DNA of 32,000 nucleotides from Aliivibrio fischeri ES114. Lineage in GTDB: Bacteria; Pseudomonadota; Gammaproteobacteria; Enterobacterales; Vibrionaceae. A model generated the notes under the pieces. The model saw only the letters and a list, made by a program, of their open reading frames with translations, made no database searches and had not been told where the DNA came from. The position numbers were made by a program, and so were the translations under genes. The stretch lies in assembly GCF_000011805.1 (NCBI RefSeq), contig NC_006841.2. One strand, given 5' to 3'. This document shows, in pieces, positions 31,891-32,000 of the stretch. The first letter of the stretch is position 1, and each line of letters begins with the position of its first letter.

Positions 31891-32000
31891 TTAACGCTGC
31901 TCTAATGGATAAGAGCGGTAACTCCACATACCATAAACGCGTAATGCATCTCGGTAGATACCTAATAGTTCTTTATCTGTAGGTACTTTTAACTCTTCAA
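31891..32000 (-). CDS. 3' end of an unidentified gene (C-terminal ~36 codons; the rest lies outside the window)
   Basis: The reverse frame reads ...EELKVPTDKELLGIYRDALRVYGMWSYRSYPLEQR* with stop TAA at 31891-31893, just inside the bidirectional terminator. It is too short to assign to a family. Confidence 0.3.
   Translation of the reverse strand, partial: EELKVPTDKELLGIYRDALRVYGMWSYRSYPLEQR

Noticed and set aside
1-32000. I searched by eye for CRISPR arrays, tRNA/rRNA genes, IS elements or transposases, integrases, phage genes, toxin-antitoxin pairs and known defence-system hallmarks.
   Set aside because: I found no regularly spaced direct repeats, no tRNA-like or rRNA-like sequence, and no ORF with transposase, integrase, nuclease-helicase or phage-structural motifs. 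The window looks like a stable chromosomal region rather than a mobile or defence island.

Overview
This is an AT-rich chromosomal window that looks like Vibrionaceae. The gene content, including an hnoX-hahK-type pair, resembles Aliivibrio/Vibrio fischeri chromosome II, but that is pattern recognition only and was not checked by any search. I support about 28 protein-coding genes. I found no rRNA, tRNA, CRISPR array, transposase or integrase.

Gene order, left to right:
- a GGDEF gene tail
- a tightly coupled minus-strand operon: TonB-dependent receptor, YfiR-like (DUF4154) protein, CHASE8-HAMP-PAS-SGDEF diguanylate cyclase
- a plus-strand cmtB-cmtA-yggP-yggD-yggC-ycdX operon (cryptic-mannitol type PTS plus enzymes of unknown pathway)
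- an MFS transporter preceded by a 60-aa His-tailed micro-ORF
- an orphan secreted repeat protein and an orphan lipoprotein
- the H-NOX NO sensor with its hybrid histidine kinase
- a POT peptide transporter
- an M14-type zinc peptidase
- a five-gene minor-pilin plus giant MshQ-like lectin-adhesin operon with no pilus machinery nearby
- dmsABC with a divergent TorD-family chaperone and a NapF-like ferredoxin
- a short unidentified gene tail

The most interesting candidates for undescribed biology, in order:
1. The orphan pilin-priming/MshQ-like adhesin module, which may be co-transcribed with the M14 peptidase.
2. The TBDR/YfiR-like/CHASE8-DGC triad, which looks like a YfiBNR-type c-di-GMP relay with a TonB-dependent outer-membrane component.
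3. The cmt/ygg/ycdX operon, whose substrate is unknown.
4. The His-tailed micro-ORF coupled to the MFS gene.

I also found a perfect NarL/NarP 7-2-7 site upstream of dmsA, two CRP-like sites, and several hairpins and repeats in intergenic DNA. All family assignments come from reading the translated sequences. No database search was run.
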